This document shows positions 1-7,025 of a DNA stretch of 56,045 nt, in pieces. Below the pieces are notes generated by a model. It was not told the DNA's origin. It searched no databases and saw only the letters and a program-made list of their open reading frames with translations. The position numbers and the translations under genes are program-made. The stretch is taken from positions 1 to 56,045 of the IMG/VR virus record IMGVR_UViG_3300027691_000002; one strand, given 5' to 3'. Source of the DNA: a virus (lineage: Duplodnaviria; Caudoviricetes). Numbering within the stretch: position 1 is the stretch's first letter; every line of letters starts with the position of its first letter.

Positions 1-240
1 TATAGCGTTTGCCCGTTCGAGGATGGGTCAGATGTCAAAAGTAGTACAGGCGTACCATTCTCTACCGTAGGTAGGCGTCTCCAGTGACCTGGGAAAACAG
101 GAATACTAGTGTGAGGTGCGTCACAGGAGGACGCATAACCGCCGCTGCGTCGTCATATACAGGGTAGAGGTTGAACCTAGGGAACCTTTAAGGAGGGTGA
201 GGAGTTAGTTCTTTAGCTTTTCTACTCATAAACTAGGTTA

Positions 241-423
241 AAGGGCTCCTCAAAGAGCCCTTAATGAAATAATTAGAATATTATAGTTAATTATTTACTC
301 TTAGTAATAATTAGTTACTTAGAGTAAGAGCCAGCCTTCAAGAGCTGGCTCCTAAGAGATAACTGGTATTAATCGCTTCTGATGAAGCTCTTAATACTGG
401 AAAAGTCCCCTAAGGACTTTTCC
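241..423. repeat. AT-rich left-end region with a train of about five adjacent inverted repeats
   Basis: AAGGGCTC/GAGCCCTT (241-262), TACTCT/AGAGTA (296-326), GAGCCAGC/GCTGGCTC (328-351), GGTATTAA/TTAATACT (~365-398), GGAAAAGTCC/GGACTTTTCC (399-423). Confidence 0.7.
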
Positions 424-438
424 TTAAAGGGGTAAGAC

Positions 439-741
439 TTGAAAAGTTCAGGTCAGTGGACAAGCAGCGACCGCAAGAGTCGTCTGCCTAGTAACTGGTT
501 TCGTCTACGCAAGAGAGTTCTCGCCAGAGACTCTCATGAATGTAGGCTCTGTGGCTCTAAGGCCACAGAGGTAGATCATATTATTCGTGGAGATAACCAC
601 GATATGAGTAACCTTCAGAGTCTCTGCACAGACTGTCACAGGTCAAAGAGTTCGTCTGAGGGAGTCTCCGAACGTCAACGCAAGAGGATGCTCAGGCAGC
701 GTCCTAGGGAGAATCATCCTGGGCTCAGGAAGCCCAGTTAA
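439..741 (+). CDS. HNH endonuclease, terminase-associated type
   Basis: RDSHECRLC..ATEVDHII..NLQSLCTDCHRSKS motif; next to the genome end and upstream of the small terminase, as in cos phages. Confidence 0.9.
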   Translation: MKSSGQWTSSDRKSRLPSNWFRLRKRVLARDSHECRLCGSKATEVDHIIRGDNHDMSNLQSLCTDCHRSKSSSEGVSERQRKRMLRQRPRENHPGLRKPS

Positions 742-763
742 ACAGAACCACCCAGGAGGTGAC

Positions 764-1225
764 ATGAAGGCATCAGTCAACAAGCAGAATGGACCAGTGC
801 CTAAGCGTTCACATGAACGTGTCAGGAATCGTGACGAGAACGTCATTGATAAGGTTCAGGCTTTTGGTGTCGTCAAGAAGCCTAACTTGGGTCTAGGGGA
901 TGACGTACACCCCATCATCACAGACTTTTGGAATTCAGTCGGAGAATCAGCACAGGCGAGGTACTACGAGGCTTCGGACTGGCAGTATTTCCGAGTGGCA
1001 CTCCACTTTTTGAACAAGCTCCTGAATACAGGAAAGCCGTCAGCCCAGATGCTGACGGTAGTGAATCAGATGCTGACTGATCTTCTGGTCTCAGAAGGTT
1101 CAAGGCGCAGGGTTCGCATGGAGATCGAGCGTGAGGCAGTCAAGGATAACGTGGTCAACATCAGTGACTACTTCCGTGAACTTGCCAACAAGAACGATCT
1201 TGGAGATATGTTCAACTACCAGTAA
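764..1225 (+). CDS. terminase small subunit (L5 gp5-like)
   Basis: GPVPKRS.ERVRNR N-terminus and LLVSEGSRRRVRMEIER C-terminus typical of cluster-A-like TerS; GGAGG RBS. Confidence 0.75.
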   Translation: MKASVNKQNGPVPKRSHERVRNRDENVIDKVQAFGVVKKPNLGLGDDVHPIITDFWNSVGESAQARYYEASDWQYFRVALHFLNKLLNTGKPSAQMLTVVNQMLTDLLVSEGSRRRVRMEIEREAVKDNVVNISDYFRELANKNDLGDMFNYQ

Positions 1226-1302
1226 TAAACAAGCTTCGGGTTGAGTCGGTGTTCCTCTCCTTCCACTGACTCCCCGGACAAACTTTAGCCATGGAGGCAC
1301 TA

Positions 1303-2148
1303 ATGGGCGTCTTTGGCGTCGATGTTTCAAACCACCAGTCAAGTTTCAACTTCAGCGGGTGGGATTTTGCGTTTATCAAGTCGTCTGAGGGAAACTCCTT
1401 CAGGGACTTCAGGTTCAATCAGCACCTGACCAATGCACGTGCCAACAACTGCCTAGTCGCAGCCTACCATTACCAGCGTGATGTGAGTGCGCAGTCTCAG
1501 GTAAATCTGATCAAGGAAATGGTACCACAGAACGTTCCTGTCATTATTGATGTCGAGCGTGGGTCTGGATCACTGGCACTTACCCGAGAGATCATCAGGC
1601 TACTTCGGGAAGAGGGCTATGACAGCCCCTTCTTGTATCTGCCTAGGTGGTATTGGGTAGAAATGGGACGTCCGGATCTGAGCGGTCTTCCTCGACTATG
1701 GGCATCTTGGTACCCAGACTATGTGGCACGTCCACGTGAAGTGGGTATCGGACTGGTTCCACAGTCGGCCTGGTCGAACTACGGCAATAATTCAGTGGCA
1801 ATGATGCAGTTTACCTCAACGCCACATGACATGAATTGGTATCCCGGTACGCGGGACGATCTGGCACGAGTACTCAACGGGGGCACTGGTGGCGGAGGAA
1901 TTGGAGAAGATGAAGTGAGTTGGGAACAGATCCTCACCAACGATGAGGGTGCTGGATATCAGGCAGGTCAGTGGCTTACGTATACCAACACGTATGTTAT
2001 TGACACCCTGGAGAAGGTCAAGGAACTGGAAACCAAGATTGACAATATTGCAGTAGGCGAGATTGACTACAACCGTCTTGCGGCTGCTGTTGCCAATATG
2101 ATCTTTGAGCGCCTTGACGTCGATATCGTCCGTAAGGGTGAGTCCTAA
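1303..2148 (+). CDS. endolysin, glycoside hydrolase family 25 muramidase
   Basis: GVDVSNHQ, FAFIKSSEG, AAYHY and IIDVE (DxE) GH25 motifs; ATG at 1303 follows GGAGG at 1293. Confidence 0.88.
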   Translation: MGVFGVDVSNHQSSFNFSGWDFAFIKSSEGNSFRDFRFNQHLTNARANNCLVAAYHYQRDVSAQSQVNLIKEMVPQNVPVIIDVERGSGSLALTREIIRLLREEGYDSPFLYLPRWYWVEMGRPDLSGLPRLWASWYPDYVARPREVGIGLVPQSAWSNYGNNSVAMMQFTSTPHDMNWYPGTRDDLARVLNGGTGGGGIGEDEVSWEQILTNDEGAGYQAGQWLTYTNTYVIDTLEKVKELETKIDNIAVGEIDYNRLAAAVANMIFERLDVDIVRKGES

Positions 2149-2216
2149 TATTCAAGCCAACCCCAGTATGGTGCAACAAATGCAAAAGATGGCACGATTG
2201 GCCACCATGCGGATGA
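2148..2216 (+). CDS. putative 22-aa CxxC-H-C microprotein (ATA start; possibly a pseudogene)
   Basis: (M)FKPTPVWCNKCKRWHDWPPCG*; ATA overlaps the lysin stop (TAATA), analogous to TAATG coupling; same motif as the next ORF. Confidence 0.4.
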   Translation: MFKPTPVWCNKCKRWHDWPPCG

Positions 2217-2218
2217 GC

Positions 2219-2290
2219 ATGTCAGACATCTACTGTTCTGTGTGTAATATCTGGCATGCATCGCCTTATTGTTCGCGTCCACAACTATAA
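2219..2290 (+). CDS. 23-aa CxxC-H-C microprotein
   Basis: MSDIYCSVCNIWHASPYCSRPQL*. Confidence 0.55.
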   Translation: MSDIYCSVCNIWHASPYCSRPQL

Positions 2291-2359
2291 ACTTGTGCAG
2301 TATTCGCTACCTGCACAACCCGATGGGCAAGAAGCGGGTCTATAAATCACTTGCCCCCA

Positions 2360-2432
2360 GCCGTTCAACGAGGAGGAATTATCTAAGAGTCTCATAAGCT
2401 CTTACTCCCTGGTTCGAATCCAGGGGACGGCA
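2360..2432 (+). tRNA. tRNA with CAT anticodon (Met or Ile2), aberrant D arm
   Basis: acceptor GCCGTTC/GGACGGC, anticodon loop CTCATAA, T arm CCTGG-TTCGAAT-CCAGG. Confidence 0.7.
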
Positions 2433-2434
2433 CT

Positions 2435-2509
2435 CTGTAGTTAGTTTAATGGTAAAACCCTAGGTTGTGACCCTAGAGTTGCTCGGTTCAACTCCGGCAC
2501 TACAGTCCA
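2435..2509 (+). tRNA. tRNA-His(GTG)
   Basis: acceptor CTGTAGT/ACTACAG, CTAGG-TTGTGAC-CCTAG, encoded CCA; lacks G-1/C73. Confidence 0.85.
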
Positions 2510-2581
2510 CGGAATTTAGCTCATCAGGAAGAGCACTGGTGTGAAGTACCAGGCGGGTAGGTTCGAGTCCTACAGTTCCGG
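2510..2581 (+). tRNA. tRNA-Phe(GAA)
   Basis: CGGAATT/AGTTCCG, CTGGT-GTGAAGT-ACCAG, T loop TTCGAGT. Confidence 0.8.
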
Positions 2582-2585
2582 CAAT

Positions 2586-2660
2586 GCGATATTAGCGTAG
2601 AAGGTAGCGCGGCTGGCTTCCACCCAGCAAGGATGGGTTCGAGACCCGTATATCGCTCCA
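2586..2660 (+). tRNA. tRNA-Gly(TCC)
   Basis: GCGATAT/ATATCGC, GCTGG-CTTCCAC-CCAGC, U73 plus CCA. Confidence 0.9.
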
Positions 2661-2661
2661 A

Positions 2662-2735
2662 GCCATATTAGCTCAGTCTGGTAGAGCAGGGACCTAGTAA
2701 GTCTCAGGTCGTGCGTTCAAATCGTACATGTGGCT
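2662..2735 (+). tRNA. tRNA-Thr(AGT)
   Basis: GCCATAT/ATGTGGC, canonical D arm, GGGAC-CTAGTAA-GTCTC. Confidence 0.88.
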
Positions 2736-2783
2736 CAAAGGCGCGGAGGGTTAAAGTCCCACTGAAAGGTTACCTGCGCTTAG

Positions 2784-2855
2784 TGCTTCTTGGTGTAACT
2801 GGCAACACGGTTGGCTCTGAACCAACTGTTCTAGGTTCGAATCCTAGGGAGGCAG
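2784..2855 (+). tRNA. tRNA-Gln(CTG)
   Basis: TGCTTCT/GGAGGCA, GTTGG-CTCTGAA-CCAAC, G73. Confidence 0.9.
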
Positions 2856-2926
2856 CTCCTCTACGTCCCAATCGTGGAGAGTCGTTGGTATGGTGTTGAA
2901 GTGGACCACCATAAGCGAGCGGCAAT

Positions 2927-2998
2927 GTTTACGTATCTCAATGGTAGAGGACCAGGTTGTCAACTTGGGAGATGTGGGTTCAAGTCCCATCGTAAGCG
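2927..2998 (+). tRNA. tRNA-Asp(GTC)
   Basis: GTTTACG/CGTAAGC, CCAGG-TTGTCAA-CTTGG, G73. Confidence 0.88.
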
Positions 2999-3033
2999 CT
3001 CTGTGAATCAATGGTCCCCTTCAAGGGGTCCTT

Positions 3034-3106
3034 GCTTGTGTAGGCCATCTGGAGAGCCGCTAGATTTAGGTTCTAGTGCATGCAGGTTCGACTCCTGTCA
3101 CAAGTA
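3034..3106 (+). tRNA. tRNA-Leu(TAG), short variable loop
   Basis: GCTTGTG/CACAAGT, CTAGA-TTTAGGT-TCTAG, variable loop TGCAT. Confidence 0.8.
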
Positions 3107-3171
3107 CTAGTGTCCAGCGATGCAGCGATGACGAACTAATGTCATTGACTGTGTATCGAGTGGCACGTAAA

Positions 3172-3243
3172 GGGTCTTTGATCCAATGGATACGATCTCG
3201 CCCTACGAAGGCGATCATGGGGGTTCGAGTCCCTCAAGACCCA
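3172..3243 (+). tRNA. tRNA-Arg(ACG)
   Basis: GGGTCTT/AAGACCC, TCGCC-CTACGAA-GGCGA. Confidence 0.88.
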
Positions 3244-3331
3244 CAAAGGCCCAGGTGAGTAGGATGGGTTCTAGGTACGGCCAGTGGCCTTGCGATTGGA
3301 ACATTCTCTGGGTGGAGACAAACTCACTTAA

Positions 3332-3402
3332 TCCTGTATAGCATAATGGCAATGCGGCGGACTGTTAATCCGCTAATCTAGGTTCGATTCCTGGTATGGG
3401 AG
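3332..3402 (+). tRNA. tRNA-Asn(GTT)
   Basis: TCCTGTA/TATGGGA, GCGGA-CTGTTAA-TCCGC, G73. Confidence 0.9.
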
Positions 3403-3481
3403 CAAAGCTGCACACTTCCTTAACGTGTGTAGAGTTTGCAGTGGCGGACTATGGCGAGGCCGTCTTACGTGGCATACACAG

Positions 3482-3555
3482 GCCTACTTAGCTCAATTGG
3501 TCAGAGCGTCTCCCTGATGAGGAGAAGGTACTGGGTTCAAAACCTAGGGTAGGTA
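3482..3555 (+). tRNA. tRNA-Ile(GAT)
   Basis: GCCTACT/GGTAGGT, TCTCC-CTGATGA-GGAGA (G37). Confidence 0.87.
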
Positions 3556-3638
3556 CAACTGCATGCATCGCAAGTGGAGACGTCCGCGTTCCAGAGGGTA
3601 AACCTGCGTAGAGGAGTAGCGATGTATGTGGCAACCTT

Positions 3639-3709
3639 GCTTCCGTAGCTGAGGGGATTAGCTCCTGACTCTTAATCAGGAGACGTTGGTTCGATTCCAA
3701 CCGGGAGTA
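3639..3709 (+). tRNA. tRNA-Lys(CTT)
   Basis: GCTTCCG/CGGGAGT, CCTGA-CTCTTAA-TCAGG. Confidence 0.88.
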
Positions 3710-3710
3710 C

Positions 3711-3791
3711 ATGGCAGAAGAAAAGATTTGTCCAGAATGCATGCATTTCTACGAGACAGAAGGACATAGTCCTGTATGCAGTCAACGATAA
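3711..3791 (+). CDS. 26-aa CxxC-H-C microprotein between two tRNAs
   Basis: MAEEKICPECMHFYETEGHSPVCSQR* fills the Lys-Ser spacer exactly; SD-like GGGAG lies in the tRNA-Lys acceptor 3' strand. Confidence 0.55.
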   Translation: MAEEKICPECMHFYETEGHSPVCSQR

Positions 3792-3877
3792 GGAAGCTAG
3801 CACGCGATGGTGCGTAAGCGGTCTTGAAAACCGTGCCAGGTGCAAGCCTGAGGGTTCGACTCCTTTAGTTTCCGCCA
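3792..3877 (+). tRNA. tRNA-Ser(TGA)
   Basis: GGAAGCT/AGTTTCC, GCGGT-CTTGAAA-ACCGT, long variable arm, G73 plus CCA. Confidence 0.88.
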
Positions 3878-3878
3878 C

Positions 3879-3962
3879 GGAAGATGGAATGGCTGGTGCC
3901 ATAGTCGGATTGCTAATCCGATCCGGCGTTGTGCGCCGTGGGTTCAATTCCTACTTCTTCCG
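3879..3962 (+). tRNA. tRNA-Ser(GCT)
   Basis: GGAAGA/TCTTCC, TCGGA-TTGCTAA-TCCGA, long variable arm, G73. Confidence 0.86.
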
Positions 3963-3966
3963 TCGA

Positions 3967-4035
3967 ATCAGTTAGGTCATGGTGACCAACCTCCCTCCAA
4001 AGGAGTAGGACAGGGTTCGATTCCTTGAACTGGTG
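3967..4035 (+). tRNA. tRNA-Trp(CCA), reduced D loop
   Basis: ATCAGTT/AACTGGT, CTCC-CTCCAAA-GGAG, T arm CAGGG-TTCGATT-CCTTG. Confidence 0.75.
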
Positions 4036-4038
4036 TAT

Positions 4039-4112
4039 CTGGGTATAGCTCAGCTTGGTAGAGCGGCGCGTTTGGGGCGCGATTGTCCGGGGTTCAAATC
4101 CTCGTACTCAGA
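4039..4112 (+). tRNA. tRNA-Pro(TGG)
   Basis: CTGGGTA/TACTCAG, CGCG-TTTGGGG-CGCG, C1-G72, A73. Confidence 0.9.
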
Positions 4113-4146
4113 CTAGACAGAGCAGTCCTAGGTGTCTCTGTCGTTT

Positions 4147-4217
4147 GCCCTGTTAGCTTAATGGGAAAGCTACTGGCCTACACCCAGTAGACGGCAGTTC
4201 GATTCTGTCACGGGGTA
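4147..4217 (+). tRNA. tRNA-Val(TAC)
   Basis: GCCCTGT/ACGGGGT, ACTGG-CCTACAC-CCAGT (C33). Confidence 0.85.
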
Positions 4218-4244
4218 CAATGTTAAGTTCGAAAGGATGTATCA

Positions 4245-5324
4245 ATGCCATTGCCAGCATCGGTACCAACCGGGACTGTATCCGGCACTTGGTACACTCC
4301 ATCAGGTAATCTTGCTGTTGGTGAGATTATCTTCCTCCTTCAGCATGAGATCGAGATTCCGGATGATGCAGACGGAGTTGTAATCCCTGTTCGTCACGAA
4401 GTGGCCGTGCCAGCAGGCCAACTAAATGTCACTTTGCCAGCCGGTTTTTATAACACACTTGTACGATTGTCTGAGCTGTATTTCAAGCCCAAGGTTATCG
4501 AGGTAGTTGCTAGTCAGAACGTCAATCTTCCAGATGCTATTGGCGTGGTCCCACCAGAGGAACTCCTTACACCAGTTCGTACAGTAAATGGAGTAGGCCC
4601 TGACGCTTCGGGTAACATCGAGGTAGCAGGCGGTTCAGGAGCTGTATCATCTGTGTTTGGGCGGACGGGTGCGGTAGTCGCACAGTCCGGGGACTATACC
4701 AAGGCACAGGTTGGCCTTAGCAACGTCGACAACACTTCTGACCTATCCAAGCCGATCTCTACTTTGACTCAAGACGCATTGGATGGCAAGGAAGATGCTG
4801 GAACCGCTGCTAGTCTTGTCAGTGCTCACGTTGCCGCTGCTGACCCTCATCCTCAGTATGCTCTGGACTCAGACATTGTTCCGCCGGTCAAGGCGTTCGG
4901 AACCACAGGAATCGTCACATCCACCTTCGGACCAGGAGATACCTCAGGAACCTGGACTGTAAGTGGGGCTGCATGGCGAGTAACTGTTCCTGCGGCGGTT
5001 GGTGATGTTCTTTCTCTAGATCCTTCTGTGATCGCACTTGTAGGTGCAGATGCTGAAATGGATGTGTGTTCACTCAACGGAAACACTCCACTGAGGTACT
5101 ACTCTTCTAAGACTAGCACTCAGGCTGCTAACGGCCATGGCGGTCTTTACATGGGTACCCAGTTCAACAGGCGGATCGCCCCGATCAAGTGGGTTGTCAC
5201 CGCAGACGATATCGTGAGCGGAAACGTAACTTTGGCCTATATGTATCGTGCAGGATCAGGTGTGACCTGGGGTTCTGCCGTATATCCGAATGAGATTACC
5301 CTGACTAACGAGGGTAGCCCTTAA
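4245..5324 (+). CDS. virion minor tail / fibre-like protein
   Basis: VRTVNGVGPDASGNI, VSSVFGRTGAV and TKAQVGLSNVDNTSD fibre motifs; cluster-A-like position upstream of the terminase. Confidence 0.65.
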   Translation: MPLPASVPTGTVSGTWYTPSGNLAVGEIIFLLQHEIEIPDDADGVVIPVRHEVAVPAGQLNVTLPAGFYNTLVRLSELYFKPKVIEVVASQNVNLPDAIGVVPPEELLTPVRTVNGVGPDASGNIEVAGGSGAVSSVFGRTGAVVAQSGDYTKAQVGLSNVDNTSDLSKPISTLTQDALDGKEDAGTAASLVSAHVAAADPHPQYALDSDIVPPVKAFGTTGIVTSTFGPGDTSGTWTVSGAAWRVTVPAAVGDVLSLDPSVIALVGADAEMDVCSLNGNTPLRYYSSKTSTQAANGHGGLYMGTQFNRRIAPIKWVVTADDIVSGNVTLAYMYRAGSGVTWGSAVYPNEITLTNEGSP

Positions 5325-5345
5325 ATGTAACTTAAAGGAGAGCAG

Positions 5346-7025
5346 ATGAGTACGCCTGCCCTGCTCCCTGCTCCTAGCTTCATTGTCGGTCCCACCTGGC
5401 AGAGACTAGAGTCAGGGGGTTTTTATCTCCCAGAAAAGACTCTAGGAGATGGTATTGTTCAGTGGATGTTTGATTACTTGATTCAGCCCACTGGACCACG
5501 AGCCGGGGAGCCCTTCCTTGTCACGCAAGAACAGTTCCGTTTCCTGTTGTGGTGGTATGCAGTCGACCCACATTCTGGACGATTCATCTACCGAAATGGA
5601 CTGCTGCGCAGGCTCAAGGGATGGGGCAAGGACCCCCTCGCAGCTGCAATGTCACTGGCCGAATTGTGTGGACCAGTCGCCTTCTCCCACTGGGATCGAG
5701 ACGGAAATCCTGTAGGTAAGCGTAAGCCTGCCGCATGGGTTCAGGTTGCAGCCGTATCCCAGGACCAAACTCGTAATACTTTCACCTTGTTCCCTGCCAT
5801 GGCATCAAAAAAGATGCGTGAAGAGTACAAGATGGAAATCCATAAGACTCGTGTTGATGCGTTTGAAGGCGCATGCTTCATTGAGGCAGTAACTTCATCT
5901 CCCCTTTCACTGGAGGGCAAGCGTCCTACGTTTGTTATCAAGAACGAAACTCAGTGGTGGGTAGAAGCAAACTCAGGCCTTCTGATGGCCAACGTCATTG
6001 CAGGTAACGTCACGAAGGGTGCCTACGGTGTATGTCGCAGTCTTTCTATTTGCAACGCGCATATTCCAGGTTTGGAATCGGATGCGGAACATGACTGGGA
6101 AGCTTATCAGAAGGTTCAGGCCGGAGAAGCCGTAGACTCAGGGTTTTTGTATGACGCCCTAGAGGCTCCTCCTGACACGCCCGTGGGCGAGATTGCTGAT
6201 CTACTGGAGGATGAAGTTGCCTATCAGGAGGCGCTGGGCAAGCTTCGTCGTGGTCTATTGATCGCACGTGGTGACGCAGAATGGCTGGATGTGGATATCA
6301 TCCTTGCATCTATCTTGGACGCCAGGAACGACGTAATTGAATCTAGGCGTAAGTTCCTCAACCAGATCAACGCGGCTGAAGATGCGTGGATTTCTCCACG
6401 AGAATGGGATAGAGCGTATGTACCAGGACTTCGTCCGCTCCAAAAGGGAGATCGAATCACACTTGGATTTGACGGCTCAAAGTCTCAGGACTGGACAGCT
6501 CTGGTTGCTTGCAGGGTTGATGACGCTGCTATATTCCCTATCAAGGTCTGGGACCCAGAAAAGTATGGTGGAGAAGTTCCCCGAGAAGACGTGAATGATA
6601 CAGTCGATTGGGCCTTCAATACCTACGATGTAGTGGCATTCAGGTCTGACGTTCGTGAATTTGAAGCATATGTTGACCAGTGGGGTGCTAAGTATGGCCG
6701 CAAGTTGAAGATTAGGGCCACTCAGAAGCATCCAATTGGGTATGACATGCGATCCAACATCAAGAACTTCACGCTGGACTGTGAGAGGTTCCAAGATGCT
6801 GTCTATGAGCTAGAAATCTGCCACGCAGGCTCTCCTGTATTGAAGAGGCATATCAACAACGCCGTAAGGCGTCCCAACAACTTTGGCATTTCAATTAGTA
6901 AGGCAACCAAGGACTCTGGCCGTAAGATCGATGCGGCTGTGTGTGCGGTTCTTGCTTTTGGTGCTCGACAGGAATTCCTAATGAACAAGAACAATAAGGG
7001 CAAGGGGGTGACGATTCTAAGGTAA
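5346..7025 (+). CDS. terL: terminase large subunit
   Basis: RRLKGWGKDP Walker A variant, AAVSQDQT, LGFDGSKSQDWTAL and KIDAAVCAVLA nuclease motifs. Confidence 0.95.
   Translation: MSTPALLPAPSFIVGPTWQRLESGGFYLPEKTLGDGIVQWMFDYLIQPTGPRAGEPFLVTQEQFRFLLWWYAVDPHSGRFIYRNGLLRRLKGWGKDPLAAAMSLAELCGPVAFSHWDRDGNPVGKRKPAAWVQVAAVSQDQTRNTFTLFPAMASKKMREEYKMEIHKTRVDAFEGACFIEAVTSSPLSLEGKRPTFVIKNETQWWVEANSGLLMANVIAGNVTKGAYGVCRSLSICNAHIPGLESDAEHDWEAYQKVQAGEAVDSGFLYDALEAPPDTPVGEIADLLEDEVAYQEALGKLRRGLLIARGDAEWLDVDIILASILDARNDVIESRRKFLNQINAAEDAWISPREWDRAYVPGLRPLQKGDRITLGFDGSKSQDWTALVACRVDDAAIFPIKVWDPEKYGGEVPREDVNDTVDWAFNTYDVVAFRSDVREFEAYVDQWGAKYGRKLKIRATQKHPIGYDMRSNIKNFTLDCERFQDAVYELEICHAGSPVLKRHINNAVRRPNNFGISISKATKDSGRKIDAAVCAVLAFGARQEFLMNKNNKGKGVTILR

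Noticed and set aside
3425-3481. Theta/HDV-like ribozyme (GCCG-TCTTACG-TGGC as P3/L3, TGTGTA/TACACA as P1)
   Set aside because: No G1 pairing, and no room for J4/2 or the P2 3' strand before tRNA-Ile begins
3514-3520. CTGATGA hammerhead ribozyme core
   Set aside because: It is the anticodon loop of tRNA-Ile; no GAAA and stem II/III arrangement follows
2711-3947. ORF-track ORFs across the tRNA cluster
   Set aside because: They overlap clear tRNA cloverleaves
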